Below, piece by piece: positions 28,740 through 38,720 of a stretch of 64,000 nt of DNA. The stretch is from the IMG/VR virus record IMGVR_UViG_3300021354_000005, positions 13,561 to 77,560 of that record. One strand, 5' to 3'. The first letter of the stretch is position 1, and every line of letters starts with the position of its first letter. A program made the translations under genes and the position numbers. This DNA is from a virus. Taxonomy: Duplodnaviria > Heunggongvirae > Uroviricota > Caudoviricetes. Under the pieces are notes generated by a model. It made no database searches. It was not told the origin of the DNA and saw only the letters and a list, made by a program, of their open reading frames with translations.

Positions 28740-30293
28740 TTAGAATTGTGGTATTTCTTCAATCAAGACTGTACGAGACAAATCTTCAATAAATACATCA
28801 CAACGATCTTTCATCCATAATTCATAACCAGGGAATTTGTTTGCAGAACTCATACCTTGAGACTTAGCAAAGCCTAAGTGGTGACGAGTACCATCAATAT
28901 AACCCCAAGTCATAGAAGGTGCACCCTTCATTCTTACCTCACGGATATTGTTAACCATAGAACCATCAGACATTGGAGATACATCAAACACCATAAATAC
29001 TGGAGTTGATTTCTTGTTTTGTCCAAACTCTAAGTTAGTTTGAGGTAAGTCTAATTCTTTCAAGTGAATAAGTTCAACACGACCAGTCTCACGAGTTACC
29101 ATTGCATCAAATGCAAAGTTGTAAGTGATATGTTGTCCTTCTCCTTGCATGTAACGATTACCAGAATCAGCCATGAAAGTTAAACCAGAATTTAAAGCGT
29201 CATTCTTCAAAGCTTGTTGGAACACGTCAAAACCAGCTTCATTAGTATACATTTTAACTCTACGATCTTTAACATCCACACGTCTGTAGAACAAATCACC
29301 AAACACAGAACGAATCAAGTTTGCAGTGAATTCTCCACGGTTGTACTGAACTAAGTTACCGTTATTTCTCATTCTGTGGTAAACACCAGCAGAAGTTCTC
29401 TTCAATTCTTGCTTAGAACCATTAGTTTTAACGGTACCTGGTTTAGCCCAGATCATACGCTTAACTTTTAATTCTAACATAGATTTACGCATCCAGAACT
29501 CAATAAATGGTTCCCATTTAACATCGTTACGAGTTAAAGGTAATTGGTTACGTCTTTGAGGAGCATAAACCAAAATATCTAAAGGCTTACCAGAAGCATC
29601 TCTCATCATCTTATCATCAGCCCACTCAGTGATTTTGTGCTCATAACCATATGCAGAACCTAAAGATTCAAACATTGTGATTTGCTCACCCAAACGAGGA
29701 AGACCTAATAAATCTTGATCAAACTCACCAATAGCAGCATCAACCAATTCTAATTCGATACCAATTCTTAAGAAGATAGGGCTTACGAAATCAACAACTG
29801 GATTGTCTGTAACCAAAGTGAAAGTGTATAAGTAACCAACGTTCCAAGGTTGAGGATCTTTAGTTACGTAGAAACGAGGACCATACTGACGAGTACCTAC
29901 AGACACAATTGCATTCTTAGAGAATTCGTTAGTGTCAATAATCAATTGAAACTCTTGACCATCAATACCTGGCTTAACCAAGTCTAATGTAGTTTGAGGG
30001 ATGTCAATGATTTTAGGGAATTTGTACGGAACTTGTACTTGCCACTTCCAAGCATCACTATTATTATCAATATAGTAAGGAGTACTCTTGTTAATCATGT
30101 CCAAGAAATCATTACTGTAAAGAGAACTCTGAGTGTAAAGGCTTATGATTTTCTTATCATAATCTGCTGGCTCAGTAGAGTGAAAGCTTTCCAAGTGGTT
30201 AGAATCTGTTAATTTACCTACAGCACGCTTGTCCATAGAAGCGACTCTAGCATAGGTAAAACCAGTTAAACCTGGAATTGTTTGAATTGCCAT
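28740..30293 (-). CDS. major capsid protein (putative)
   Basis: 517-aa ORF immediately downstream of the acidic scaffold-like gene, in terminase-portal-scaffold-capsid order. Followed by structured RNA elements. No motif-level proof. Confidence 0.5.
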   Translation of the reverse strand: MAIQTIPGLTGFTYARVASMDKRAVGKLTDSNHLESFHSTEPADYDKKIISLYTQSSLYSNDFLDMINKSTPYYIDNNSDAWKWQVQVPYKFPKIIDIPQTTLDLVKPGIDGQEFQLIIDTNEFSKNAIVSVGTRQYGPRFYVTKDPQPWNVGYLYTFTLVTDNPVVDFVSPIFLRIGIELELVDAAIGEFDQDLLGLPRLGEQITMFESLGSAYGYEHKITEWADDKMMRDASGKPLDILVYAPQRRNQLPLTRNDVKWEPFIEFWMRKSMLELKVKRMIWAKPGTVKTNGSKQELKRTSAGVYHRMRNNGNLVQYNRGEFTANLIRSVFGDLFYRRVDVKDRRVKMYTNEAGFDVFQQALKNDALNSGLTFMADSGNRYMQGEGQHITYNFAFDAMVTRETGRVELIHLKELDLPQTNLEFGQNKKSTPVFMVFDVSPMSDGSMVNNIREVRMKGAPSMTWGYIDGTRHHLGFAKSQGMSSANKFPGYELWMKDRCDVFIEDLSRTVLIEEIPQF

Positions 30294-30330
30294 TTTTTTA
30301 TTGTTTTAAATTTTTTAATTTATATTTGTA

Positions 30331-31611
30331 TTATACAAACCAAGAAGTGGAGTTTGCTTGTGTTTTACTTCCTGATTTGATTGCACTCTTCTGAGCTTGT
30401 CTAGCCACCTCACCAAATAACTCGTTGGACTTTTTGGTAAGACCTGTCTTTTGAATGGTAGATAATGTAGGATCTTTTTCTAATATTTTTAGTAAAAGCC
30501 CCACCTTAACTTTCTTCTCATGATTCTCAGGTCTCTTTAGGTCTAGGATAGTACGATCAAACTCTGTAAGCATTTCTCCTGTAGGAGTTTTGTATCTATC
30601 TGTAACCAGGAAATCTTGTAGTTCACCAGCAAGTTTTGGGTTCAAAGGAATACCATCAAACTCTTTAGCCTTCAATTTATCTTGAAGAACATTTTGAATA
30701 TTAGCAGTGTATTGTTGCTTATATTGAGCTTGTTGTTGTAATTGTACTTCCCTTTGTTGCTCAAGTTCTTGAAGCTTTGCAGCTTCCCTTTTAACTAAAA
30801 CCTTGTGATGCTTTGTAGCAACTGATTCAAGATCTCCGTAGTTTTTAAGTCTTTCAACTTCTGTTGTAACATCCTCAGGATCAAAGCCTTGATCAGCTAA
30901 AGCTTGTTTTAACACTGCAACTTGATTCGCCTCTTGAGTTAGGTCCATCTCAGTGAATGACTGTATTTTATTAAATGTGCCAAAATAGTCTACAGGTTTA
31001 ACCCCTTTTACAAATATGGCATCAAATGCATTTTGATAATCTTCTCCGTATTGACCAATGAAGTTATTTACTACTTCAATAGCTCCTTTCTTTTTCTCAG
31101 CATTGAAACGCTCAAGGAATTGTTCAGGAGTTGTAATTGGTTCTTCATCTTCATCATCTTCTTTTGAAAAGACTCCTAATTTGAAAAGGTCCTTAGATAA
31201 AGAACTGAAAGTTGATTCAGCAGGAGCATCTCCTTCTTCTTCATCATCCTTGTTTTCCTCGGTAGTTGATTCAGCTTTAGGAGCTTTAGTTTTTGTAGGA
31301 GCAGGAGTTTCATCTTCTTCATCTTCTTTATCATCTCCTAAAAGGAAATCTTGAAGTGATTTAGTTGAATCTTCTTTATCTTTACTATCAGTTTCTGCTG
31401 CAGGAGCATCCTTTTTAGAAGGAGCTTGTTTTGCTGGTGCAGGTTCTGTAGTTTTATCAGGAGTATTAATATCCTGAAGATCATCTGGATTAGTTGTTGA
31501 GGTTTCTGGACCCATTAAGTCGTTCAACAACTCTTGGTTTCCCATTCCCATTTCCATAGTATCTTGAATACTAAAGTTACCAAATGATTGGTTATCTAAA
31601 TTCTCAGCCAT
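30331..31611 (-). CDS. scaffolding protein (putative)
   Basis: Highly acidic low-complexity N-terminal half (D/E/K/T/P-rich) and a coiled-coil C-terminal half (EQQREVQLQQQAQYKQQ). Sits between portal and capsid genes. Confidence 0.5.
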   Translation of the reverse strand: MAENLDNQSFGNFSIQDTMEMGMGNQELLNDLMGPETSTTNPDDLQDINTPDKTTEPAPAKQAPSKKDAPAAETDSKDKEDSTKSLQDFLLGDDKEDEEDETPAPTKTKAPKAESTTEENKDDEEEGDAPAESTFSSLSKDLFKLGVFSKEDDEDEEPITTPEQFLERFNAEKKKGAIEVVNNFIGQYGEDYQNAFDAIFVKGVKPVDYFGTFNKIQSFTEMDLTQEANQVAVLKQALADQGFDPEDVTTEVERLKNYGDLESVATKHHKVLVKREAAKLQELEQQREVQLQQQAQYKQQYTANIQNVLQDKLKAKEFDGIPLNPKLAGELQDFLVTDRYKTPTGEMLTEFDRTILDLKRPENHEKKVKVGLLLKILEKDPTLSTIQKTGLTKKSNELFGEVARQAQKSAIKSGSKTQANSTSWFV

Positions 31612-31730
31612 ATGTAGTTGTATTTATTTGGTTTTCAAGTGTAAAAGTATACTAAGTTAAATTAATAGCAAAGAGATAGAACACTATATCGCTTGATATT
31701 CAGGATAATATAGCATTAATGTTTTTTGCT

Positions 31731-32261
31731 CTAATCTAATTTATTAAGAAAGTTGTCATTTATAAGCCTAATGCTTCTTATTGGAGCAAGATCTGTAAGG
31801 GTAACTTGTTGAACCTCAACTCCCCACTTCCTAGCTTCCACCCTTACTTTTTTAGTTAATGTGTTATCAAGTTCAGAATCTGTACATTCATCTAGCGTCA
31901 TAGACATAATGACATTTTTTATAATACTTGATGACATATCTGACAAAGCATCCTGAGCATCATACACCTCAAGAAGAAATATCTTAACATCAGCTATTCT
32001 ATATTTGACTAATCCCTTAACAACTATATTCTGTTTATCTTTAGTATATAAAGACTGAGCATCAAGACTTAATGTTGTAACAACGACATGCTGATCTATC
32101 ACCTCATCAAACATAGGTATTTTTAGATGTATACCTGGCTTGAGAAGTTTTTTAAACTTCCCAAACCTAAGTAATACAGCTTCTTCGTAATCTCTGATTA
32201 TAACTATTGGCTTTATTTCAATCCACCAATTGGTTAATAGTTCAACCAGTTTATCAAACAT
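31731..32261 (-). CDS. hypothetical protein (176 aa) between portal and scaffold genes
   Basis: ORF. No protease motif recognised. Confidence 0.4.
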   Translation of the reverse strand: MFDKLVELLTNWWIEIKPIVIIRDYEEAVLLRFGKFKKLLKPGIHLKIPMFDEVIDQHVVVTTLSLDAQSLYTKDKQNIVVKGLVKYRIADVKIFLLEVYDAQDALSDMSSSIIKNVIMSMTLDECTDSELDNTLTKKVRVEARKWGVEVQQVTLTDLAPIRSIRLINDNFLNKLD

Positions 32262-32263
32262 AA

Positions 32264-34843
32264 TTATTTAGTTTTACTTCTACCTTTAGCATTAATTTTA
32301 GCTATTTCTATATCGTCTTTATGATTCTTTCTTTCATTATCTAATTTCTCTCTTTCAACCTTAAGCTTTTCCATGGCTACATTATTCTTACTTTGAATAT
32401 CCATCATTTTAGTTCTATAATCATTAGAAGCTTTTGTTTGTTCATTTGCTAATCTGTTAGTTTCTAATATATCAGGAACACCATTTTGATTTACATCTAA
32501 TGGAACATTCTCTCTACCCTCAGCTTGAATAGTAGCAATCTCTTGTTTACTGATTCTATCCAATTCTTTTTGATAGTTATCATTAGCCATTTGCTCTTGT
32601 TGTTGTCTTTGAGCTTCTTGGATTTGAGCATCAGTAGCATATCTCTCTTGATCAATTTGTTGTTGCTTCTGTTGCATTTGTTGTTGTTGAATAGTATCTT
32701 GCTTCTCTTTAAGATCTTTAAATACTTTCTTCATCTGACGTACAGAGTTAGTGCTGTATAACTCAATTATATCATATAAGCTTCCACCATTCTGAATAAC
32801 AGCTTGAGATAATCCTCTGATTTCTTCAAACATCTTCTTATCTTCTGGTCTGTTAGTTAAGAATACTTTTAAGTCTCTGAATTTCAAGTCATTACCATTT
32901 ACAGAAACAAAAGCAGAGTCTCCTCTAGAAGTAACATAAGAAATTGTAGATTGTGGTTTAGAACTTTCTACATATTGAGCAGCATCAATAATAGCTTGAT
33001 AAAGTTGGCCTAATATGTATTCATGAGCTACAAATAAAGGTTCTGTTTGAGAATAACTTTGTTGAATAGCTGTATTGGTTCCTGTAGCTGATTCACTAGC
33101 TGATACAGAACCAAGTCTTTGCTTAGACATACCAATCAATTCCCAACACTCATTTTTTAATTGCATAGCAAGTGTATAACGAGATTGAATCTCCTGAGTA
33201 CGTGTCATGTCAATATCTCTGAACTGATTGAAACTAGAAGGACTCTTCAAATTCTCAGGACTATCATCTATAAATACAACTCCTCTATTACGAGCTTCCA
33301 TTTCCCAAATGTCTAATGCATCTTGAGCATCACCATCTTTAGGAATAGGAATGTGTCTAATAGACATAAGCTGAACCTTACCTACCTCTTTCTCAAGAAG
33401 TTTATAAAGCTGGTTCATACATACATTATATAATACTTGGAAAGGTTTCATAAGATCTACTAAGCTCTTAGCTTCTGTATTCTTCACCTCATGAATCAAT
33501 CCTATAATAGGACAATAGTCTAGTAATTTATATGGTTTGATATTGTAGATGTCTGGACCAATCTTAACTCCTTGATACCATTGGTTAATCCATCCCCATT
33601 CTAATGACACTTGTGTAGGAATAGTTCCTGATTTATAATCTTCATCTACAAGTAATGACTGCTCATTACCCATTTCATCTGTATAGATAAGTTTACCTAT
33701 CTTCTTCTTAGAAATCCAATAAGCTCTTACAGTTACATACTTATAACCAAAACTACTAACGTTTGACGTTAGTCCTAAGAAGTCTTGTAATCCATCATTG
33801 TTCTCTTTCATTTCAGATTCAATAATCATTCTAGTTTGTAGAACTAATGGATCATATGTATCATATTGTACAGAGTCAATACCTGGTGTAGCATTAGGAT
33901 TACCTAAATTAGATTCACGTACATTGATTAATCCATAATCTTGTAGTGAACTTCTTAGGTGATCTATCTCATCTTTAGTTAAGTCAGGGAATGTTTCAAT
34001 AATTTCAGATAGCTCCATAACTTGTACAATACCAGCAGCATATGCTCCTTGTGCTCTACCTGTAGGATCTGAAATCCATTTTCTATCTGGAGTAGTTAAG
34101 AACCAAGTGTTTTTAGGATTGGCTACCTCTACATTAAATCCTAGTTTAGAGTTGTCCTCATAGATATGATAAAACTCTCTAGAAGATATTAATAAATCTC
34201 TGAATGCATCTTCTGATTTTTCCTTCATTACAAACTCAGCTTTCTGAGATGTAAGTATATGATTAGCCCATTTCTCAGCTACAGATGTGTAAGAATCAAG
34301 TTCATCCTTCACCTCATTTAATGTCATCTTTTGAACATCTTCATCACTAAGTTCTTCTCCTTTTAATGCAGCATCTTGTTGAATCTTTTCTCTAGCTTGA
34401 CCAATAACATAATCCTGAAGAATTTTTGTTTTGAATTCTAGCTCCTCTGATTGACTATCAGAATCAAATGCCTTCACTCGAAAAGAATCTGGTCTCTTAC
34501 TAATCTCTCCAACTAATTCATTTAATGGTGTAGTGATGATTGAATACATCTTTACATATGCTGGAAGCTGTAAGTCTGATGTAAGAACATCAGTGAAACT
34601 TCTAACCTGTGGCTCTTGATAAAAGTCTTCCATACGTAGAATACCTTTTACCAAATCATAGTTTTTAACAAATGTATCTCTGTTCTTTACATATTCAGCA
34701 TAAGCTCTATTTGCAAAGTAATCCATTGTATTCTTAACCCAACTCTCGTCTTGCTTCTCCTTATCAGTCTTAAACTGATCAGGGAAGATGTTTAAATATG
34801 CATACCTTATGGTAGCGTCTTTAGTATACCTTATAATTGCCAT
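32264..34843 (-). CDS. portal protein (putative)
   Basis: 859-aa ORF immediately downstream of the large terminase. C-terminal Q/E-rich coiled coil. Position-based call. Confidence 0.5.
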   Translation of the reverse strand: MAIIRYTKDATIRYAYLNIFPDQFKTDKEKQDESWVKNTMDYFANRAYAEYVKNRDTFVKNYDLVKGILRMEDFYQEPQVRSFTDVLTSDLQLPAYVKMYSIITTPLNELVGEISKRPDSFRVKAFDSDSQSEELEFKTKILQDYVIGQAREKIQQDAALKGEELSDEDVQKMTLNEVKDELDSYTSVAEKWANHILTSQKAEFVMKEKSEDAFRDLLISSREFYHIYEDNSKLGFNVEVANPKNTWFLTTPDRKWISDPTGRAQGAYAAGIVQVMELSEIIETFPDLTKDEIDHLRSSLQDYGLINVRESNLGNPNATPGIDSVQYDTYDPLVLQTRMIIESEMKENNDGLQDFLGLTSNVSSFGYKYVTVRAYWISKKKIGKLIYTDEMGNEQSLLVDEDYKSGTIPTQVSLEWGWINQWYQGVKIGPDIYNIKPYKLLDYCPIIGLIHEVKNTEAKSLVDLMKPFQVLYNVCMNQLYKLLEKEVGKVQLMSIRHIPIPKDGDAQDALDIWEMEARNRGVVFIDDSPENLKSPSSFNQFRDIDMTRTQEIQSRYTLAMQLKNECWELIGMSKQRLGSVSASESATGTNTAIQQSYSQTEPLFVAHEYILGQLYQAIIDAAQYVESSKPQSTISYVTSRGDSAFVSVNGNDLKFRDLKVFLTNRPEDKKMFEEIRGLSQAVIQNGGSLYDIIELYSTNSVRQMKKVFKDLKEKQDTIQQQQMQQKQQQIDQERYATDAQIQEAQRQQQEQMANDNYQKELDRISKQEIATIQAEGRENVPLDVNQNGVPDILETNRLANEQTKASNDYRTKMMDIQSKNNVAMEKLKVEREKLDNERKNHKDDIEIAKINAKGRSKTK

Positions 34844-36879
34844 TATGTAAACAATTTATTTTTATGTTTTCTAGGAGTTCTTCCAAACATCCCTCCTCTT
34901 GATTCTGTAAATAATACATTTCCTTTCTTCTTTGTAAACATTGCTTTTACTCTCTCATCACCTGATCCTCCCACCTTTCCAATGATTGGGTCCATCTTAA
35001 CTGCTTGAGCAATAGCAAGTTCTGCAGCAATGATACGGTCAAAGTTACCTGAATCATTGTATTGTATAATCTCTTCTAACAATACAGGATCAAATATCTT
35101 ATTCACTCCCAATGTTTCTCTTATAACTACACCATTATCATCCTTCTCTATATGTATTGCTTCTTCCATATACTTCTTTAAACAAGTGTGAAGATAGTCA
35201 ATTATTTTCTGACTTGAACGATGAATTCCATAATCTCTTTTTACAGTGGTATTTGGAACTATTTCTTTAAGCCAATCAGGTTGTCTCTCTAGATAATGTG
35301 CATCTCCCTTACTCTTCATATATTCAATAAAGGATATATCATCATTCTCACAAAGTGTACGTGCATTATAATATTTAATAAGGAGTCTAGCTTGGTCATT
35401 CCAATGATCCTTATTATCTGGTCTTGCACAATAAGAAGCTACAAACATATCTTGATACTTCTCACCTGTTATATCATGCATTCGTTTATAAACATAAACT
35501 GCTCCTAGAGAGGAGCTATATGCTGATTGTCCTTGTCTGTAAGGATCGACTCCTGCTACATACAATCCATATGCTGGATTTTGTATAGGGAATTCATATA
35601 TAATAACAGGTGCATCTTTATTATCACTATTCTTTAAAGGGAAGTTTGTAATAGGTAATTTGTCTGTAAACTCATGCTTTACACCTTCTTCTTCTAGAAT
35701 TAGAATAACAGGAGTTCCTGTTCTTTCTTGTTGTTGAAGTCTAAACTTCTGTCTCTTAGCTGATTCAATATCAAAGATGTTTGTATCCTCATTCAAGAAT
35801 ATATCATCTACCTCTTGTGGGTAGTACATCTTCTCTTTTAAATAAGCTACTCTATCTCCAGCTTTCTTAAGTCTTTCTAAATTCTTATTAGTAATCTCTG
35901 TAGCTTTTTCTTCATTAGAGACTAACATTTTTATATTATGTAATTGAGAATCAATAGGTTCTTTTAAGAATGCTCCAAGTGTAGATTCCTCCTTTGCCTC
36001 CATTCTATACTTGTGATTGATAAACAATCCATGTATACGTTTATCATCTTTCTCATTATTATATGTAAGGAAATTAAAATTCTCTACATCAAACATTAAG
36101 CTTTTAGCATCCATGAATTTCTTCATATCCCCACCAGTCCCAGTAAGTATGGGGCTACATCCCCAACCATAAGGTGTAGTGAAACCTGGAATAGCAGCTT
36201 GTAAGCCTCGAAGGAAATTTCCTTTACCAATTTCATCTATAATTAATTTACGTGGTTTTGTACCTGCAATTGCTTCTTCATTATTACCTTCATCAAGGTT
36301 ACGAATTAGAATAGAAGAAAATGGAATACGTTCACCACCTTTAGTTTTAATACCTAATGTGATTTGGTTCTTCCAATTATCTTCAATCCTCTGCCATCTC
36401 CAATATTCAGGAATGAAATTCAAACCTTTATCAATCTTATCTGTAATAAGTTTAATATCTGGAGCATTCAAACCAGCAATGATGTTTTGGCTATTCTCAT
36501 CAAATGTGGCTCCCCATGCTATATAACTAGCTTCAATAACGGACTTAGCAAAACGTCTAATACCTAGAATGACTAAGCCCCTCTTATCTTGCTGAGCTCT
36601 GTCAATTTCGTTTGTTACAATCCATTCATTATCACGTAGAAAGGGATTGGCATATTTTTGTGATATTCTTCCACGCTCATCAATCACATCCACTTCTGTA
36701 TGCCATATATTTAGATGCCAATATAAAAAGGGGTTAATATAAACCCCATCCATCATAGCACCATTTAAACATAATTCTTTATGGAAATCAAAGAATGGTT
36801 TACACTCCTGAGAGTCTTTATCAGGAATACGCTTCTGATTAATAAACCAGTCTTTGTAATCTATATTCTGTAGTTCCAT
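34843..36879 (-). CDS. terminase large subunit (putative)
   Basis: 678 aa. Walker-B-like LIIDEIG, deviant Walker-A region GIRRFAKS, and a C-terminal nuclease-like acidic motif (VAGVDPY). First large gene of the late operon, followed by the portal. Confidence 0.55.
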   Translation of the reverse strand: MELQNIDYKDWFINQKRIPDKDSQECKPFFDFHKELCLNGAMMDGVYINPFLYWHLNIWHTEVDVIDERGRISQKYANPFLRDNEWIVTNEIDRAQQDKRGLVILGIRRFAKSVIEASYIAWGATFDENSQNIIAGLNAPDIKLITDKIDKGLNFIPEYWRWQRIEDNWKNQITLGIKTKGGERIPFSSILIRNLDEGNNEEAIAGTKPRKLIIDEIGKGNFLRGLQAAIPGFTTPYGWGCSPILTGTGGDMKKFMDAKSLMFDVENFNFLTYNNEKDDKRIHGLFINHKYRMEAKEESTLGAFLKEPIDSQLHNIKMLVSNEEKATEITNKNLERLKKAGDRVAYLKEKMYYPQEVDDIFLNEDTNIFDIESAKRQKFRLQQQERTGTPVILILEEEGVKHEFTDKLPITNFPLKNSDNKDAPVIIYEFPIQNPAYGLYVAGVDPYRQGQSAYSSSLGAVYVYKRMHDITGEKYQDMFVASYCARPDNKDHWNDQARLLIKYYNARTLCENDDISFIEYMKSKGDAHYLERQPDWLKEIVPNTTVKRDYGIHRSSQKIIDYLHTCLKKYMEEAIHIEKDDNGVVIRETLGVNKIFDPVLLEEIIQYNDSGNFDRIIAAELAIAQAVKMDPIIGKVGGSGDERVKAMFTKKKGNVLFTESRGGMFGRTPRKHKNKLFT

Positions 36880-37211
36880 TATTTTCTGTTCTTTAAGAAC
36901 TCTTCAGCTTGGCCTCCTAGTTCTCCCTTACCTCTAATCTCCACCTTAGCTTCTTCCATACTTCTCAACTTATCAACCACCTCAACTAGAGCTAAATAGT
37001 TTTTCATAGTCTCTTGAACAAATTTACCCTGAGCTTCAATAGAGGCAATTACCATAGGTAACATTCCTCCTTTAGCTGTAGGTTTCCACTCAATCCTATC
37101 CTTCAATTCATGAAGGGGATTAGCATTAACATAAGCTTTCCATGAAACAAGCTGTTGCTCAGCCCATTCAAGCTCAGTGTTTATATATGTAGTTTTCTTA
37201 ATAGTCGCCAT
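36879..37211 (-). CDS. small protein (110 aa); candidate terminase small subunit
   Basis: Immediately upstream of the large terminase with a 1-nt overlap. No motif. Confidence 0.3.
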   Translation of the reverse strand: MATIKKTTYINTELEWAEQQLVSWKAYVNANPLHELKDRIEWKPTAKGGMLPMVIASIEAQGKFVQETMKNYLALVEVVDKLRSMEEAKVEIRGKGELGGQAEEFLKNRK

Positions 37212-37482
37212 CTTCTTCCTCCTCTTTTAATATATTATCAAGATCCATTCCCTCTTTTATAATCTTCTCTAGTTCATTATCATCTGTATGTGGAACATCC
37301 ATTCCAATCTCAGTCTTATATTTCTCTAAAGCAAACGCTATTTCTTTATCTGTTATTCCCCATATATCTCCATAATCACTAAGAGCTGTAGCTAAGTGTC
37401 TTCCCAAGTTGTATGTAGGAAAGTCCTTATGTAGTTCTTGTAATATATGAAGAGCTTGTTGGTAGTTATTCTTCTTACTCAT
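37198..37482 (-). CDS. small acidic protein (94 aa)
   Basis: ORF in operon. Confidence 0.4.
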   Translation of the reverse strand: MSKKNNYQQALHILQELHKDFPTYNLGRHLATALSDYGDIWGITDKEIAFALEKYKTEIGMDVPHTDDNELEKIIKEGMDLDNILKEEEEDGDY

Positions 37483-37739
37483 ATTAGTTGATCTAAGTCT
37501 TCTTCAGACAGTTTTTCATCCTTTAAAGACACAAAGTCCATACTTGGAGCATCTTTAAAATTATCTTCAGCACCCTCCATCATATAATCTGATGTGAATG
37601 TGATGGCCATTCTTTCATCATCCCCTTCTGGCACTGCTATTATATCTATATAATCTACCCCTTTATTATATAAGTCCATAAGTATATCTATGAAGTTATC
37701 TAAGGGGATTTTTTTAATTGATGGTACGTTGCTTTCCAT
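37479..37739 (-). CDS. small acidic protein (86 aa)
   Basis: ORF in operon with a 4-nt overlap. Confidence 0.4.
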   Translation of the reverse strand: MESNVPSIKKIPLDNFIDILMDLYNKGVDYIDIIAVPEGDDERMAITFTSDYMMEGAEDNFKDAPSMDFVSLKDEKLSEEDLDQLI

Positions 37740-38025
37740 GGATTTCTTTTTTTAAAGCATCCTCTTCATCAATGGACATTACTTCCTCCCATTTCTTCAA
37801 AGGACACGAACATGATAAACATTTTGTCTTGGCAGCTAGTGTACATCCACAATTTGTACAATGCACATCTGGTCTAACAGATTTATGTTTTGTAGATATT
37901 AATTCACATTCATTACATATGGCCATTCTTTCCTCACCAATCTTTTTTAGATGAGCTCTCATTTCCTTGGCTGGAAATAGGTTGTTTTTCCAACCCTCAT
38001 AAACTTGGGAGAAATTAATCTTCAT
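37714..38025 (-). CDS. Cys-rich zinc-finger protein (103 aa)
   Basis: CNECELISTKHKSVRPDVHCTNCGCTLAAKTKCLSCSCP. Multiple CxxC pairs. Confidence 0.45.
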   Translation of the reverse strand: MKINFSQVYEGWKNNLFPAKEMRAHLKKIGEERMAICNECELISTKHKSVRPDVHCTNCGCTLAAKTKCLSCSCPLKKWEEVMSIDEEDALKKEIHGKQRTIN

Positions 38026-38371
38026 ATGTAGATGTTCTAGCTTTTAATTCATTTATAGAAACTATTGTCTTCTCTAGAGTGACAATAGAAGATCTTCTTT
38101 TCTGTTCTGAAGTTTCTTCATTTTGTATTATCTTCTCTAGAGCCCCTTTCTTAGCATTCAAAGCTCCTATCCTTTTCACTGCCTTCTTGTTGTTAAAGAA
38201 GAACTTTCCAAATCCACTTATCTCCACACTACTGTTTAAATCCATTGCTTCGTTAGCTGACTGAAACTGATGGTTAATTACAGCTTCAATTAACTTCTCA
38301 CTCTTCAGGATTTTTACAGCCAACGTTCTAACTAGGAAATCCTTGACGGACATTGTTATTGGCTTATCCAT
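38015..38371 (-). CDS. HU/IHF-family DNA-binding protein (histone-like)
   Basis: SVEISGFGKFFFNNKKAVKRIGALNAKKG matches the HU beta-arm signature (VxLxGFGxFxV..R.aR.gRNP). 118 aa, basic. Confidence 0.5.
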   Translation of the reverse strand: MDKPITMSVKDFLVRTLAVKILKSEKLIEAVINHQFQSANEAMDLNSSVEISGFGKFFFNNKKAVKRIGALNAKKGALEKIIQNEETSEQKRRSSIVTLEKTIVSINELKARTSTYED

Positions 38372-38720
38372 GTATCACATTAATTTGTAATGTAATGTCC
38401 TTATCAAAATTCAGGACAATAATTGGATTCACCTTTATCTTACTGCCATCCTTTATAAACACCCCTATACGCTTCAGCTTACTTATCATATTATTAATCG
38501 TAGGGGGCGAGGAGTTGTATTTCTTGCAGAACTCTTCTCTGATGTTGGCATAGGAGATGTTTCCCTTTATAGCTGTAAAGGCTATAAGCTGTATCTCCCT
38601 GGTGGTAAGTTTTAAATCATTAACAGCTGACAGCAAACTATAATACTTCTCAGCAGCAGCATAACTATCTGTCACTTGCTTCTTAAGCTTCTGTACTATT
38701 ATTTTGTTTGTTGGTTCCAT
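38364..38720 (-). CDS. putative HTH transcriptional regulator; first gene of the leftward operon
   Basis: C-terminal segment TTREIQLIAFTAIKGNISYANIREEF...INNMISKLKRIGV resembles sigma region-4/LuxR-type helix-turn-helix. Gene abuts the control region. Confidence 0.4.
   Translation of the reverse strand: MEPTNKIIVQKLKKQVTDSYAAAEKYYSLLSAVNDLKLTTREIQLIAFTAIKGNISYANIREEFCKKYNSSPPTINNMISKLKRIGVFIKDGSKIKVNPIIVLNFDKDITLQINVIHG

Noticed and set aside
28568-28762. 64-aa minus-strand ORF between the HNH and capsid genes
   Set aside because: Covers the two stem-loops downstream of the capsid gene and overlaps the capsid stop. Interpreted as non-coding.
35296-36567. Small plus-strand ORFs (67-115 aa) inside the terminase gene
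   Set aside because: Nested antisense ORFs within a long motif-supported gene.
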